From positions 1 to 52,244 of the forward strand of contig JAFGSQ010000054.1 of NCBI GenBank assembly GCA_016934535.1: 52,244 bases of DNA, given 5' to 3'. The notes beneath the pieces were generated by a model. The model searched no databases and was not told where the DNA came from. It was given only the letters and a program-made list of their open reading frames with translations. This document shows positions 42,765 through 52,244 of this stretch, one piece after another; within the stretch, counting starts at the first letter, position 1, and each line of letters begins with the position of its first letter. The position numbers and the translations under genes are program-made. The stretch comes from a candidate division WOR-3 bacterium (GTDB taxonomy: Bacteria; SDB-A).

Positions 42765-43750
42765 ATGACAGCCTCCCTGTTAACGGCGTTAAAAGGAATC
42801 TCGCCTCTTAAGAAACTGACTATGCTTTCGGCGGACATAACGGCCATTTTATCGCGGGTTTCCTTTGAGGCGCTTCCTATGTGAGGCGCCAGAACCACAT
42901 TGTCGAGCTTTAACAGTTCTTCCTCTATATCGGGTTCGTGCTCAAAAACGTCGAGCGCGGCGCCGGCAATGGATTTATTTTTAAGGACTTCGCAGAGAGC
43001 TTTCTCGTCAATGAGAGGACCTCTCGATGTGTTGATGAGGTATGCTGTTTTTTTCATGGACAACAAGCGTTTCATGTCGAAAATGTGACGGGTTTCCCCG
43101 TTCAGCGGCGCGTGTAGTGTTATCACGTCAGAACTTTCAGCAAGTTCGTCCATGTCCGCATACGATGCGCCAAAGGATTTTTCAAATTCGCCGTTTTTTG
43201 TCCTCGAAAAGTATATGATCTTCATCCCGAAGCCGGAGGCTCTTCGCGCGACAGCCTGTCCTATTCTTCCGAGACCTACGACTCCGAGGTATTTTCCGTT
43301 GAGATCTCCACCCGTCAGAAGTTCGGGCGACCATCCTTTGAATCTGCGTTCTCTCACAAACCTATCTGCTTCGGGAATTCTTCTCACGACAGACAATAAC
43401 AGGGCAAAAGTGAGATCAGCCGTAGCTTCAGTCAGGACTCCCGGGGTGTTTGTCACTAAAATTTTTTTTTCATTGGCTTTTTCTATATCTATGTTGTCAT
43501 AGCCGACCGCATAGTTTGCTATGATCTTCAGTTTGTCGGAAAATTCAATCACATCGGAGTCGATTTTATCCGTGAGAAGACACAATAATGCGTCTTTGCC
43601 CGGCACTTTTTCTTTCAGTTCTTTTTTAGTAATCGGCCTGTCGTCTTTAGGAAAAATCTCAAATTCGATCGAATTGCCCCTCAGAACATCGAGCCCGGCA
43701 TCGGGAATCTTTCTGGTGACGAGTATATTTTTTGCCACAGACAGTCTCAC
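42761..43750 (-). CDS. D-2-hydroxyacid dehydrogenase (glyoxylate reductase/D-glycerate dehydrogenase)
   Basis: AVGYDNID, NTPGVLTEATAD, GLGRIG, INTSRG, LDVFEHEP and PHIGSA. Confidence 0.95.
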   Translation of the reverse strand: MRLSVAKNILVTRKIPDAGLDVLRGNSIEFEIFPKDDRPITKKELKEKVPGKDALLCLLTDKIDSDVIEFSDKLKIIANYAVGYDNIDIEKANEKKILVTNTPGVLTEATADLTFALLLSVVRRIPEADRFVRERRFKGWSPELLTGGDLNGKYLGVVGLGRIGQAVARRASGFGMKIIYFSRTKNGEFEKSFGASYADMDELAESSDVITLHAPLNGETRHIFDMKRLLSMKKTAYLINTSRGPLIDEKALCEVLKNKSIAGAALDVFEHEPDIEEELLKLDNVVLAPHIGSASKETRDKMAVMSAESIVSFLRGEIPFNAVNREAVI

Positions 43751-44292
43751 AATCCGAGTTCATCCGATATGGAAGTCATGGACGCAAGACATATATCTGC
43801 AAACTCGTCGAAGCTCAATCCTGTCTTTTCAATCGTCATTATCTGCTGGCGATTCGCTCCGGCGGCGAATCTTTTTTCCTTGAACCTTTTTTTGATGAAT
43901 TCCCTGTCAATGGATCCGAGCTTTTTTTCCGGATGCATCAGAGCGGATGCTATGATGAGGCCGCTGAAAGGATCGACGGCGTAAAGACACAAAGACATAA
44001 GATCTTCAGGCGGTTCAGTCATGCAATGGTTTTCGATCGCGGAAAGAATTTCGTCGTCCACCCCTTTTGCCGACAGCATTTCTTTTCCGACTTTTCCGTG
44101 AAGTTCCGGAGTGTCTTTCGTCAGGTCGTAATCTATGTCGTGCAGAATCCCGGCCGTAGACCATTTGGCTTCGTCTTTGCCGAAATGAAGCGCGAGACCT
44201 TTCATACAGGCTTCAACGGCAAAAAGATGTTTTTTCAGGTTTTCATTACCGATGTTTTCATCAATTAATTTAATCGCTTCATTCCTAAGCAT
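43747..44292 (-). CDS. HD/HDIG-domain metal-dependent hydrolase
   Basis: LKKH..AVEACM, GILHDIDY, HG, H, D and KEKRFAAGANR. Confidence 0.9.
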   Translation of the reverse strand: MLRNEAIKLIDENIGNENLKKHLFAVEACMKGLALHFGKDEAKWSTAGILHDIDYDLTKDTPELHGKVGKEMLSAKGVDDEILSAIENHCMTEPPEDLMSLCLYAVDPFSGLIIASALMHPEKKLGSIDREFIKKRFKEKRFAAGANRQQIMTIEKTGLSFDEFADICLASMTSISDELGL

Positions 44293-44319
44293 TTTAATCT
44301 CCCAGAATAAATATTGGTT

Positions 44320-45399
44320 TCAATTCAATATCAACGGATAATCACCAGGTGTCAGATATTTTTCCCCGCTCGAAATCAAAATAGTGTCGGAAAACCTTAT
44401 TATTCCCAAACCGGGAACGTTAAGTGACAAGATTGTTACAACTGCTTCATTTTCTCTGAACACATGGTTACTCACGGGGGTAATGTAAAAATAATCGGAA
44501 GAAGCTCCAAGTCCGAAACCTGCAACATTCGTTTGAAACTCGGCAAGTTCGCCGAGTGCGTCTGAAAGCGCGTCGGAAGCTTTTCCGGAAAGTTTGCCCA
44601 CGTCTATCCATTCAGTCATTTTCCTGTAAGCCATTAATGATCTTTCAAGTATTTTTTGCCGTTCCGGGTCCGGTGGTTTAAAAAATGCGGTCCTGCCTAC
44701 TATGGGAGCTTCGGACTTGTACCCAGCTGAAATCTCATACATGACGAGGTCTCCTTCCTGCAGGCTCCTCGCTGAAGGAACAGGATCAGGAAAACAACTG
44801 CCGTTTGAAAAATTGACCATGGTCGGCACACCGATTTTTTCCGCTCCCAGTCTGTGAAGTTCTAAGTCCAACATATTCCTGGTTTCAATTTCGGAGATTC
44901 CGGCTTTCAATGAAGGGATCGTCGATAAGATCGCGCCGTTCATCGCCGAATAAGCTTTTTTGATGAAAACTATCTGGTCTCCGTCTTTTTTGATTGCAAT
45001 TTTAGAGATCGTCGATCCTAGGTTTCTGAATGTAACAATGCCTTTTAAATCTTTTTTTATTAGAGGATTGTCAATAGCCGCAGTTGTTATTTTTTTTTCG
45101 CGAAGAGTTCTGGCGATTTCATTGATGAACAAGCCTCCGGTTGAAATGCTTTCTTTCCAGGATGCATTTTGGAATTTGAATTCAACTGGAGACAATCCCT
45201 TGAAAATTTCAGAAGTAGAAGAATCCGAGATCAGAATTATTTCGTCGAGAAAAACAACCAGAGTCGCTTTTGTCTCTATGAAATTAACAAAGTTTTCAAG
45301 CTTCAGAAGGAAATAAACGTCCAGAATTTTGGTCAGAACACAGCATTCCCAGCCTCTTTCAAGCATTTTAGCGCGCAATCTGTCGAGGGGAGTCACCAT
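44320..45399 (-). CDS. M24 (Xaa-Pro peptidase/creatinase)-fold protein, metal ligands apparently lost
   Basis: Creatinase-N-like start (RLRAKMLERG), IKKDGDQI...GISEIE, PSARSLQEGDLV and GRT. The start is likely ATG 45399, overlapping the upstream stop. Confidence 0.75.
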   Translation of the reverse strand: MVTPLDRLRAKMLERGWECCVLTKILDVYFLLKLENFVNFIETKATLVVFLDEIILISDSSTSEIFKGLSPVEFKFQNASWKESISTGGLFINEIARTLREKKITTAAIDNPLIKKDLKGIVTFRNLGSTISKIAIKKDGDQIVFIKKAYSAMNGAILSTIPSLKAGISEIETRNMLDLELHRLGAEKIGVPTMVNFSNGSCFPDPVPSARSLQEGDLVMYEISAGYKSEAPIVGRTAFFKPPDPERQKILERSLMAYRKMTEWIDVGKLSGKASDALSDALGELAEFQTNVAGFGLGASSDYFYITPVSNHVFRENEAVVTILSLNVPGLGIIRFSDTILISSGEKYLTPGDYPLILN

Positions 45400-46256
45400 T
45401 CTACTGTTCCGTCCGGCAATATGAGAATTGTCGGAGGAAGATCTCCTCTGTTTTGGGGAGTAAAAACACACCTGAATCCTATGTTTGAATAGGATATCGC
45501 AGGGTAAGCTATCCCCCTGTATGTCGTCGTCGCCAGTTCAATGGAATTTTCGAAAGAACCGCCGCGGATTACTTTGACAATATTTCCGAAATATTCGCTC
45601 TGTGCGGAACTGCCGGGATATTTGTTGTACCATGTCGAAGTCCATTCGAAAACGTTTCCCGCCATGTCCAAAGCTCCGTAAGGACTCATGGAAAGTTCTC
45701 CGAGCCAGCCTATGTTTTGAGGGACGCTGAATCTGTCTTCTATCGTTCTGGCACCCTGGTCTGTCCATTCGTTTCCCCATGGATAAATCCTGCCGTCTTC
45801 CCCGCGAGCGGCTTTTTCCCATTGACTTTCCGTGGGTATCGTCTTTGCAAGCCAGTTTGCGTATGCCGCAGCGTCTTCGTAACTGACATATCTGACAGGT
45901 TCGAAATACTTGCTCTGCGGAAGTATCCCGTTCGGCCAGTTAGACGGCTTCTGGTGTCCCGTAGCTTCGCAAAACAGCATGTACTGATAGCAAGTGACCT
46001 CGTACTTGTCTATGTAAAAATCATCCAAAAAAATTTCCTGCTCAGGCGTTTCGTCTTCAATTCCTTCGGTTGATCCCATAATAAAAGAGCCTTTTCTGAC
46101 GAGGACCATTTCCCAAACATTCATGTACTGTTCCGTCATTATTATGGGGGGATCAAACCTGTGTATTTTATTATACTTGATAGTAACTTCAGTGGTCCGG
46201 CAAGATGAAAGAATCACTGTGGCCGACAACATCAAAAATAGCGGTAGATATTTCAT
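45393..46256 (-). CDS. FGE-sulfatase (SUMF1/EgtB/PvdO-like) domain lipoprotein
   Basis: LSSC lipobox; G.F.MGS, FYIDKYEVT, PTESQWEKAARG, YPWG, DMAGNVFEW, RGGSF and IGFRC. The start is the ATGA overlap at 46256. Confidence 0.9.
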   Translation of the reverse strand: MKYLPLFLMLSATVILSSCRTTEVTIKYNKIHRFDPPIIMTEQYMNVWEMVLVRKGSFIMGSTEGIEDETPEQEIFLDDFYIDKYEVTCYQYMLFCEATGHQKPSNWPNGILPQSKYFEPVRYVSYEDAAAYANWLAKTIPTESQWEKAARGEDGRIYPWGNEWTDQGARTIEDRFSVPQNIGWLGELSMSPYGALDMAGNVFEWTSTWYNKYPGSSAQSEYFGNIVKVIRGGSFENSIELATTTYRGIAYPAISYSNIGFRCVFTPQNRGDLPPTILILPDGTVEW

Positions 46257-47218
46257 AGAATTATCGGTGATCCGCATTTTTCGCAATTCCAGGCGTCCGG
46301 TCTGTTTTCAAAACCGCATTTTGGGCATTTTATTGAATTTTCACTGTCATCCTGAGCCTCAAACATTACCGAAGTCAGTTCTTCCTCCTCTTCTTCTTCC
46401 GGTGATTCCTCTTCCGATGCAGTGTCTCCGTCGTCTTCCTGAAAGAGGCTGTCAAAAGTTTCGTCAAACGAATCTTTTGATTTTATTAGGTCTTCAGTGA
46501 CGGACTGTACCGTTTTAATCGGTTCGAAATCGTCCGAAGTCGGAGTTTGAATTTTGCCGGAAAAAGCGTCCTGCGCCAACGTTTCGGTTGTTTTTACTTC
46601 GGAATGGATGTACTCGTGTTCGCTTTCTCCAGGTTCTTTTTCCGGAATTTTTTCCTGATCGGAAAAAGAGAAAGTTGTCTCGGATAAAAAATCGTCTTTT
46701 GAATCGAATTTTGCTTCAATCTCCGCGTCTACGTCGGTTTGAAAGCTTTTCTTGGGCATCTCATAGGGCTCTTCGAAAGTTTTGGTGAAGGAGTCTTGTT
46801 TGGCAAATCTTTTTATCAATTCTTCAAAATCGTTCCTCGATTTGCTCAAAATAATCAAGCTGTCGTCATATTGTTTCTTGTTCGAATTCAGAGTATTTAT
46901 TTTCTGGTTGTAATCATCCTCTCGCATCTCCCCGACCATATACCGGAGATCGATTTCTTCTTTTTGACCCTGTATGGAGTCGATTTTTTTAGTCAAATCT
47001 TCTATGTCTTTATCAAGATTTTTAATTTTTATGTTTATCTCCCCTCCCATTCCGCTCATTTGTGAATTGTATTCGTTCAGCTGTTCGGAATAATCCCTCA
47101 TCACCTTCTCGTAAACATCGGGTCTCACTTTATCTTTAAATTGTTCGGCCTTATTTATCATTTCTTTCAAAGAAATAATCTTGGACAAAATAGCCTCAAA
47201 ATTTTTCTCTTCGGACAT
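46253..47218 (-). CDS. Coiled-coil protein with an acidic linker and C-terminal zinc ribbon
   Basis: Long heptad region with EEIDLRYMVGEMREDDY, a poly-Glu tract and CPKCG...CEKCG; AGGAG RBS. Confidence 0.8.
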   Translation of the reverse strand: MSEEKNFEAILSKIISLKEMINKAEQFKDKVRPDVYEKVMRDYSEQLNEYNSQMSGMGGEINIKIKNLDKDIEDLTKKIDSIQGQKEEIDLRYMVGEMREDDYNQKINTLNSNKKQYDDSLIILSKSRNDFEELIKRFAKQDSFTKTFEEPYEMPKKSFQTDVDAEIEAKFDSKDDFLSETTFSFSDQEKIPEKEPGESEHEYIHSEVKTTETLAQDAFSGKIQTPTSDDFEPIKTVQSVTEDLIKSKDSFDETFDSLFQEDDGDTASEEESPEEEEEEELTSVMFEAQDDSENSIKCPKCGFENRPDAWNCEKCGSPIIL

Positions 47219-47231
47219 AGAAAAAACTCCT

Positions 47232-48323
47232 TTAAATATTTATATTTATTATATCACCAATCAGGACTGAAAGTGACAAAAAAAGATCGGATCCTCCTGA
47301 TCTGACGTCTATGGTCTTGCAAAACAGAATCTCTCTCGCTTTTCCGATTTCTTCATCTTTCCATAATTTTGCCTGTTTTATGTACTCCGGGGCATTTTCG
47401 GGAGATATATACAATCCAAATTCATTGAGAAGATAATTTTGTAAAGCAAAACCGTTTGATAAAAACGGATTTTTTTCCGAATAAATCCTAACTGCTTTGA
47501 GAACGCTGAAATGTTTGGACAAAACGTTTATCAAGTCATTGCTTCTATGTCCCCACTTCAGAGTTTTCTCAAGATTGACAAGAGCTTCACCCAGTTTTCT
47601 TCTTCCCACGGCGTATGAAACGCTCTCCAGAGTGTCTTTCTTCACGAGGACATCCTCAATATCTATGCCTGTTCCGCTTAAAATCCCGCTTTCGATGATT
47701 TCAAAAACCTGATGAAGGCCGGCTGCGCTTTCAGGGCCGTTGCTCTCAATCATCGCGTTTTGACGGGGTGTCAGTTTTACAGCGTATATTTTTTCGAGTT
47801 CCGAGATAAACGACCGTCTTTCATTAGGATAAGGGTCGAGAAACATGAATGTTTCGGCAAACCGGCTTATTTCTTTTAAAAGAGAAGGGCATTTGCGCGA
47901 CGAAAGAAACTTTTTGCTGTCGCCGGAGTTTGTAATAAACACGACACAAGTTGTTTCAGGAAAATCAAACAACTCATTTATATCGGCGATGTCTTTTTTC
48001 AATTTAAGCTGGTCGGTATTGTAAACAATCAAAACTTTCGATTTTGAAAAAACAGGCAGAGACCATGCGTTTTCAATAAATTTGTCGCACGCGTCTTTTT
48101 CGTCTCCCCAAATTGCTATTCTGTCAAATGATCTGCCCGCTGGATCAGTAAGTTTTTCCTCGATGAACTTGACAAAAATTCTTTTTGAGACGAAATCAGG
48201 TCCGAGTAAAAGAAAAGAATTGCCCGTTTTTTCTTCGTTGATTTTTGACAGCGCTTGACCTAATTTGAAATGCGGAGTTTTCATAAAGTCAATTCTATTG
48301 ACATGACGCCGTGTTGTAAACAT
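47232..48323 (-). CDS. holA: DNA polymerase III delta subunit-like protein
   Basis: FLLLGPD, SLPVFSKSKVLIV and a C-terminal QAKLW...DVRSG pattern typical of HolA. The start may be ATG 48284. Confidence 0.7.
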   Translation of the reverse strand: MFTTRRHVNRIDFMKTPHFKLGQALSKINEEKTGNSFLLLGPDFVSKRIFVKFIEEKLTDPAGRSFDRIAIWGDEKDACDKFIENAWSLPVFSKSKVLIVYNTDQLKLKKDIADINELFDFPETTCVVFITNSGDSKKFLSSRKCPSLLKEISRFAETFMFLDPYPNERRSFISELEKIYAVKLTPRQNAMIESNGPESAAGLHQVFEIIESGILSGTGIDIEDVLVKKDTLESVSYAVGRRKLGEALVNLEKTLKWGHRSNDLINVLSKHFSVLKAVRIYSEKNPFLSNGFALQNYLLNEFGLYISPENAPEYIKQAKLWKDEEIGKAREILFCKTIDVRSGGSDLFLSLSVLIGDIININI

Positions 48324-48374
48324 CTGTCTTATTTATTATGAAACCGAATTTAATAGAAAAATCCGAGTTCTTTT

Positions 48375-48995
48375 TTAAAATGTTTCATATAAGTCCTGAT
48401 TTATCATTGAAATGTTGTTTTCAGGCGGCCATTTCTTTGCGACGCCGTATGATTTTCTCGCCTCCGAATCGGACATGAGAGGCGGAGTGCAGATGATGAT
48501 CGCCTTTAGTTGATCGCTTTTATCAAACTCGACCTGCCATTCTGTTTCGCTGAACTCGTAAAAAAGTATAGTTTCTTCATCATCTTCATCTCTCCAGAAT
48601 ACTCCGGGAAAAAATTTCGTGAAAACTTCTTCAGTAATACGTGTGCCCGCAAAAGCGGTTTTTCCTTCGAAAAGCAATTTGCCTTTAAAAGGCTTGAAAA
48701 GCGGATAACAGTTTTGAAAAACAATAAAGATGCAGGTTACCTTTCCGTTTTCGACTTCGAATTCAAAGCCTTTCGAATGGTAGCTGAATGACAAATTTTT
48801 GGCACCGGAGGGACTTTCCGGCTTTCCGAATTTTCTCAATGACAGGAAGTCGTCAAAAATTCCAATCCCTGAGAGTTTTGAGTATTTGAAATCGAACGCA
48901 AGGGAAAAAAGACCGGCTTCTCCCCAATCCATTCCCGGATATGATTTTCTAAAAAAATCAATTATTATTCCACGAACTTTTTGAAATAAATTCAT
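48375..48995 (-). CDS. Hypothetical protein
   Basis: 206-aa ORF with no recognisable motif, lying between holA and tRNA-Pro. Confidence 0.6.
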   Translation of the reverse strand: MNLFQKVRGIIIDFFRKSYPGMDWGEAGLFSLAFDFKYSKLSGIGIFDDFLSLRKFGKPESPSGAKNLSFSYHSKGFEFEVENGKVTCIFIVFQNCYPLFKPFKGKLLFEGKTAFAGTRITEEVFTKFFPGVFWRDEDDEETILFYEFSETEWQVEFDKSDQLKAIIICTPPLMSDSEARKSYGVAKKWPPENNISMINQDLYETF

Positions 48996-49088
48996 GATTC
49001 ATTATAAAAATCATTCCCCCGCCGTGGCAACTTTATATTGCGTTCAAAAACCTGGCAATGATTAATAAATTATTCATAATCCTGAAAT

Positions 49089-49120
49089 AAAAAAGAGGGA
49101 GCTGTTGCTCCCTCTTTTTT
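49089..49120. terminator. Intrinsic terminator downstream of tRNA-Pro
   Basis: AAAAAAGAGGGAGC-tgtt-GCTCCCTCTTTTTT. Confidence 0.88.
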
Positions 49121-49127
49121 CTGAAAG

Positions 49128-49201
49128 TCGGGGCGAGAGGATTTGAACCTCCGGCTTCTTGGTCCCGAACCAAGCGCGCTACCGGGCTGCGCTACGCCCC
49201 G
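49128..49201 (-). tRNA. tRNA-Pro(CGG)
   Basis: Reverse complement is CGGGGCG TA GCGC AGCCCGGTA GCGC G CTTGG TTCGGGA CCAAG AAGCC GGAGG TTCAAAT CCTCT CGCCCCG A. CCA is not encoded. Confidence 0.95.
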
Positions 49202-49215
49202 ATAATCAAGACTTT

Positions 49216-51585
49216 TCAGTTTAAAACAAAAACCTTAGAGTAAACCTTTCCGCGTTCAGTTGTCAATACGTAGATATAGCTTCCCGAGCCCATTGATTCG
49301 GTTGGCATTTCCAGGGAATGAGAACCCGGAGTCTGATGCCCCTCGAAAGCCGTTTGTACGTTTCTGCCTGAGATGTCGAAAGCCTTCAAAGTCACAAAGC
49401 CGGAAGAGGGCAGAAAATAATCTATCCTGACCAAATTCGCACCGGACATGTAACTTGCGTTCATGTTGAGCTCAACTTCCTGTCCTGGGAATATTATTTC
49501 TTCAACGCCGTTCTGCATGCAGACTACCGCTCCTACCGTCCAGCCGTAGTTGTAGCTGTAAGTGCTCAATTTTTCCCATCCACCTGTGTTGGTCCAGGCC
49601 CATTCGCTCTTGTTGGACACGAATGATCCTTCGTTTGCGGGAAAAGGATAGGAAGACGAGTTTTGATAAGTAAATCCGACAAGAACCCACATGTCTCCCG
49701 AAGTGTTTACAGGAACGTGATTAGCCCCGAGGACAATTTCGTACCACTGCTCGCTTCCTGAGACCGTGAATGCCGTATTAAGCAGAGTGTCTCCGGGAGC
49801 CGTTGATGTACCGTTGCCGAAGACGTAAATTCTGGCGTCGTTGGCGGGATTCGTGCCTTCAGAAAGCATGAAGATTATTCTTTCGATGTATCTTCCGGAA
49901 TAAGGAGACAGTTCCGTGGGTGTAAAACGGACTCCCATGCCCATCCATTCCGGTGGATCTCCGTAATTGAAGCTGGTTCCCACTGTGCCCCAATCCCAGT
50001 ATGTAAGCGTGTCGCACTGTGAAGCTGGTTCCGTAGCTATTGTGAAAGCAGCATCGCTGATATCGTAAACTGTCGTCGGATGATTGTAATCTCTGACGCG
50101 AACCCGGCACTGAGTTGCGGGAGTGTTTGGAATTGTCCACGACCTCGAGTTGCCGGTGATGTTGCTTGCGATCGAAGTCCATGTTGAACCGTTGTTAGTG
50201 CTGTAATGAACATCGAAATTATTTACGTTGTTGTCAGTCCAGGTGATGCTGTGAGATGAACCTATGTACCAGGTTTCACCGCCGTTCGGAGCTGTGACGG
50301 TTATATTCGTGTCTGGAGTGGTTCCCTGAAGGGAAGCGAGCGCGTTGATCTTGCCGGCGCCCATGTAGCCGTTGTTGTAATAACTGCAGGAAGGCATAGC
50401 GTCGGCGGCGTCGTAAAGCCTCTGGATTATCTGCGCGTTATTCTCTCCCGGAAACTGGCATCTCATTAAAGTGACAAGACCCGCCGTGATAGGGCAAGCC
50501 ATCGAAGTGCCGTCCATGTACATATATGATCCGAAAGGAACGGTTGAATATATGTTGACTCCGGGAGCGGATATGTCTATCCAGGTTCCGTAGTTCGAAA
50601 AATCGGCCTTCTGATTGGAGGAGTTGGTGGCGGCCACTGCGACAGTATTTTCACCCGCAGCGGGATAATACTGGGCGGAAGTGTTGTAATTTCCCGCCGC
50701 AGCAATGCAAACAACGTCGTAATTGTTGTAGGCGTCGTTTATTGCAGTCTGAATGGATGATATTGGCGAACTCGCGACCCAGCTCATGGAGATTGCGTCC
50801 GCGCCGTTCACGGCTGAAAAATTAATTCCCGAGACAATTGCGGAAACATTTAATTCAGTCCTCACTCCTATAAGACCTATACCGTAACCGATAGATGCTA
50901 TTCCTGTCGAGTTGTTTGTCACGGCTGCGGCGCAACCCGAGCAATGCGTTCCGTGGTTGTAAGATGTATTCGGCGGAGTCGGGTCGTTGTCGTTGCTGAC
51001 ATAATCGTATCCGGTGATGTAGTTACCGGCGAGGTCTGCATGTCCTCTCTCGCAGGCATCATCAACTATGGCAACTATGTGCGAGTGATTTCCCGTCTGA
51101 ATATCCCATGCCGCAGGGGCCTGTATATTTGGAAGAAACCACTGGCTGGAGTAGCTCGGATCGTTGGGAGTCAAAAATGGATCCCAGGGAGAAGCGGATT
51201 CAATTCCCGCTTTTTCCATCTGGATGTTCAGTTCGCAGAAATCGACGAAAGGGTTGTTGGCAAAAGCGCTGACACTCGACACGGCCTTTTCGTCATCTCG
51301 TGAAACGAATACATACATCATGTCCAAACCGTAATCAATGTTCCTGGAATAATCGTAATCGGGAACAATCTGTCTGTATGCGACAATCTCGTATTCGGTG
51401 AAAACAGAGTTCAATCCAGGTATGTTCGAAGACACTATTCCGTCTACTGAAGAAAATTCGATTCCTTCTCTCAGACTATTCCTGAATTTTACAATAACTT
51501 CGCCCGGTTTATGAATTTCAGCCGATAGAAGATTGGCGGCCAAAACAACAAAAACGGCAAAACAAAAAAAAGCCCTCACTTTCAA
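49216..51585 (-). CDS. Secreted S8 subtilisin-like serine protease with prodomain, Ig-like domains and a T9SS-like C-terminal domain
   Basis: VAIVDD, HGTHCSG, AAAGN and GTSMACP; APNGGETW Ig-like module; C-terminus FDISGR...SGSYIYVL...KVFVLN. TTG start with an AGGAGG RBS. Confidence 0.95.
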   Translation of the reverse strand: MKVRAFFCFAVFVVLAANLLSAEIHKPGEVIVKFRNSLREGIEFSSVDGIVSSNIPGLNSVFTEYEIVAYRQIVPDYDYSRNIDYGLDMMYVFVSRDDEKAVSSVSAFANNPFVDFCELNIQMEKAGIESASPWDPFLTPNDPSYSSQWFLPNIQAPAAWDIQTGNHSHIVAIVDDACERGHADLAGNYITGYDYVSNDNDPTPPNTSYNHGTHCSGCAAAVTNNSTGIASIGYGIGLIGVRTELNVSAIVSGINFSAVNGADAISMSWVASSPISSIQTAINDAYNNYDVVCIAAAGNYNTSAQYYPAAGENTVAVAATNSSNQKADFSNYGTWIDISAPGVNIYSTVPFGSYMYMDGTSMACPITAGLVTLMRCQFPGENNAQIIQRLYDAADAMPSCSYYNNGYMGAGKINALASLQGTTPDTNITVTAPNGGETWYIGSSHSITWTDNNVNNFDVHYSTNNGSTWTSIASNITGNSRSWTIPNTPATQCRVRVRDYNHPTTVYDISDAAFTIATEPASQCDTLTYWDWGTVGTSFNYGDPPEWMGMGVRFTPTELSPYSGRYIERIIFMLSEGTNPANDARIYVFGNGTSTAPGDTLLNTAFTVSGSEQWYEIVLGANHVPVNTSGDMWVLVGFTYQNSSSYPFPANEGSFVSNKSEWAWTNTGGWEKLSTYSYNYGWTVGAVVCMQNGVEEIIFPGQEVELNMNASYMSGANLVRIDYFLPSSGFVTLKAFDISGRNVQTAFEGHQTPGSHSLEMPTESMGSGSYIYVLTTERGKVYSKVFVLN

Positions 51586-51661
51586 ATTCGCCTCCTTTTT
51601 AAATGACTTGAAAGGCTGTAAGAAATCTTTTAAGATTTGACATTATATCAGGGATTATGAA

Positions 51662-52244
51662 ATGAGACAAATTATTACGGCAATTTTTTGCATGATACTG
51701 GCAAAAGAATTATGTTGCCAGGAAATGCCGTTTTCAGAATACGCTCATCCCGGAGAAGGATACTACAAGGAATTCCTGACAACAGCTCTTAAAATCCTTA
51801 GAACGACAGAATCCGAAACCGGATTCTTTTTCCCGGAACCCCCTCCGCTTTTCTCCCCCGCTCTCGCCAAAATGCTTGGTCGACCTCTTGAAAGCCCTGA
51901 TTTTCTGAAAAAAATCCTTTCAGACGCGAAAAATCTCCGGGTTTCAAGGTTCGTATTATCGCTGTGCGAACTGACGGATTTTTTTCATCCAAACCGTGAG
52001 ATTCATGAAAAAATGTCTCCTGAGAATCTTCTATTAAGAAATTCGTTTATTTTTATAGAAGCGTTCGGAGAAGACCGCGATTCCATTTTATCTCTGGCCA
52101 AGGATATTCTCAAAGACGATGCTTCTCTTCTCGATTTGGACCCTTACGAAGAATACAGCATGTCACTCGATTATTCACTTTTTTGCTCTTCGTTCATTGA
52201 AATTTCAGAGAAAGTTGATTTATCAAATCACTACGATGTCTTCG
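51662..52244 (+). CDS. Hypothetical protein, truncated by the window edge
   Basis: My translation MRQIITAIFCMILAKELCCQEMPFSEY... stays open to the end of the window; possible signal peptide. Confidence 0.6.
   Translation, partial: MRQIITAIFCMILAKELCCQEMPFSEYAHPGEGYYKEFLTTALKILRTTESETGFFFPEPPPLFSPALAKMLGRPLESPDFLKKILSDAKNLRVSRFVLSLCELTDFFHPNREIHEKMSPENLLLRNSFIFIEAFGEDRDSILSLAKDILKDDASLLDLDPYEEYSMSLDYSLFCSSFIEISEKVDLSNHYDVF

Noticed and set aside
43732-44268. 178-aa plus-strand ORF and the many other short antisense ORFs in the track
   Set aside because: They lie wholly opposite or within well-supported genes and show no recognisable motifs.
48375-49201. Possible island integrated at tRNA-Pro (or at tRNA-Arg, 2615-2687)
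   Set aside because: I found no integrase and no duplicated tRNA 3' end; only single hypothetical genes lie downstream.

Overview
This is a core-like chromosomal window from a diderm bacterium. Several secreted proteins end in FlgD/T9SS-like C-terminal domains and there is a PorV-like barrel, which suggests an FCB-group or related candidate phylum (inference only). The left end holds toxin-antitoxin genes (a partial MNT nucleotidyltransferase and a vapBC-type pair), a PAP2 phosphatase, tRNA-Arg(CCT), tex, a GH18-SH3 protein, a CPA2 antiporter-EIIA fusion, a LolA-like/FtsX-type ABC module and an M23-bactofilin-YbhB operon. The most striking locus is a tightly coupled minus-strand operon at 17.5-27.3 kb. 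It encodes a secreted protein with about six OB folds and no nuclease domain, a PorV-like barrel, a double helix-hairpin-helix (ComEA-like) outer-membrane barrel, a second barrel, a single-HKD PLD/Nuc-type enzyme, a degenerate 5'-nucleotidase domain and an atypical YchF. Together these look like an outer-membrane system for capturing, importing or degrading extracellular DNA. Further right are an AT-rich truncated-kinase/TPR/GAF/GGDEF gene and a cluster of XerD-arm sequences containing a good dif-site candidate (33812-33839). These are followed by a long housekeeping operon (asnS, larA-like, dprA, obgE, an aminotransferase, coaD, rsmD, holA), tRNA-Pro(CGG) and a secreted subtilase. All calls come from motif reading by eye; no database searches were run.
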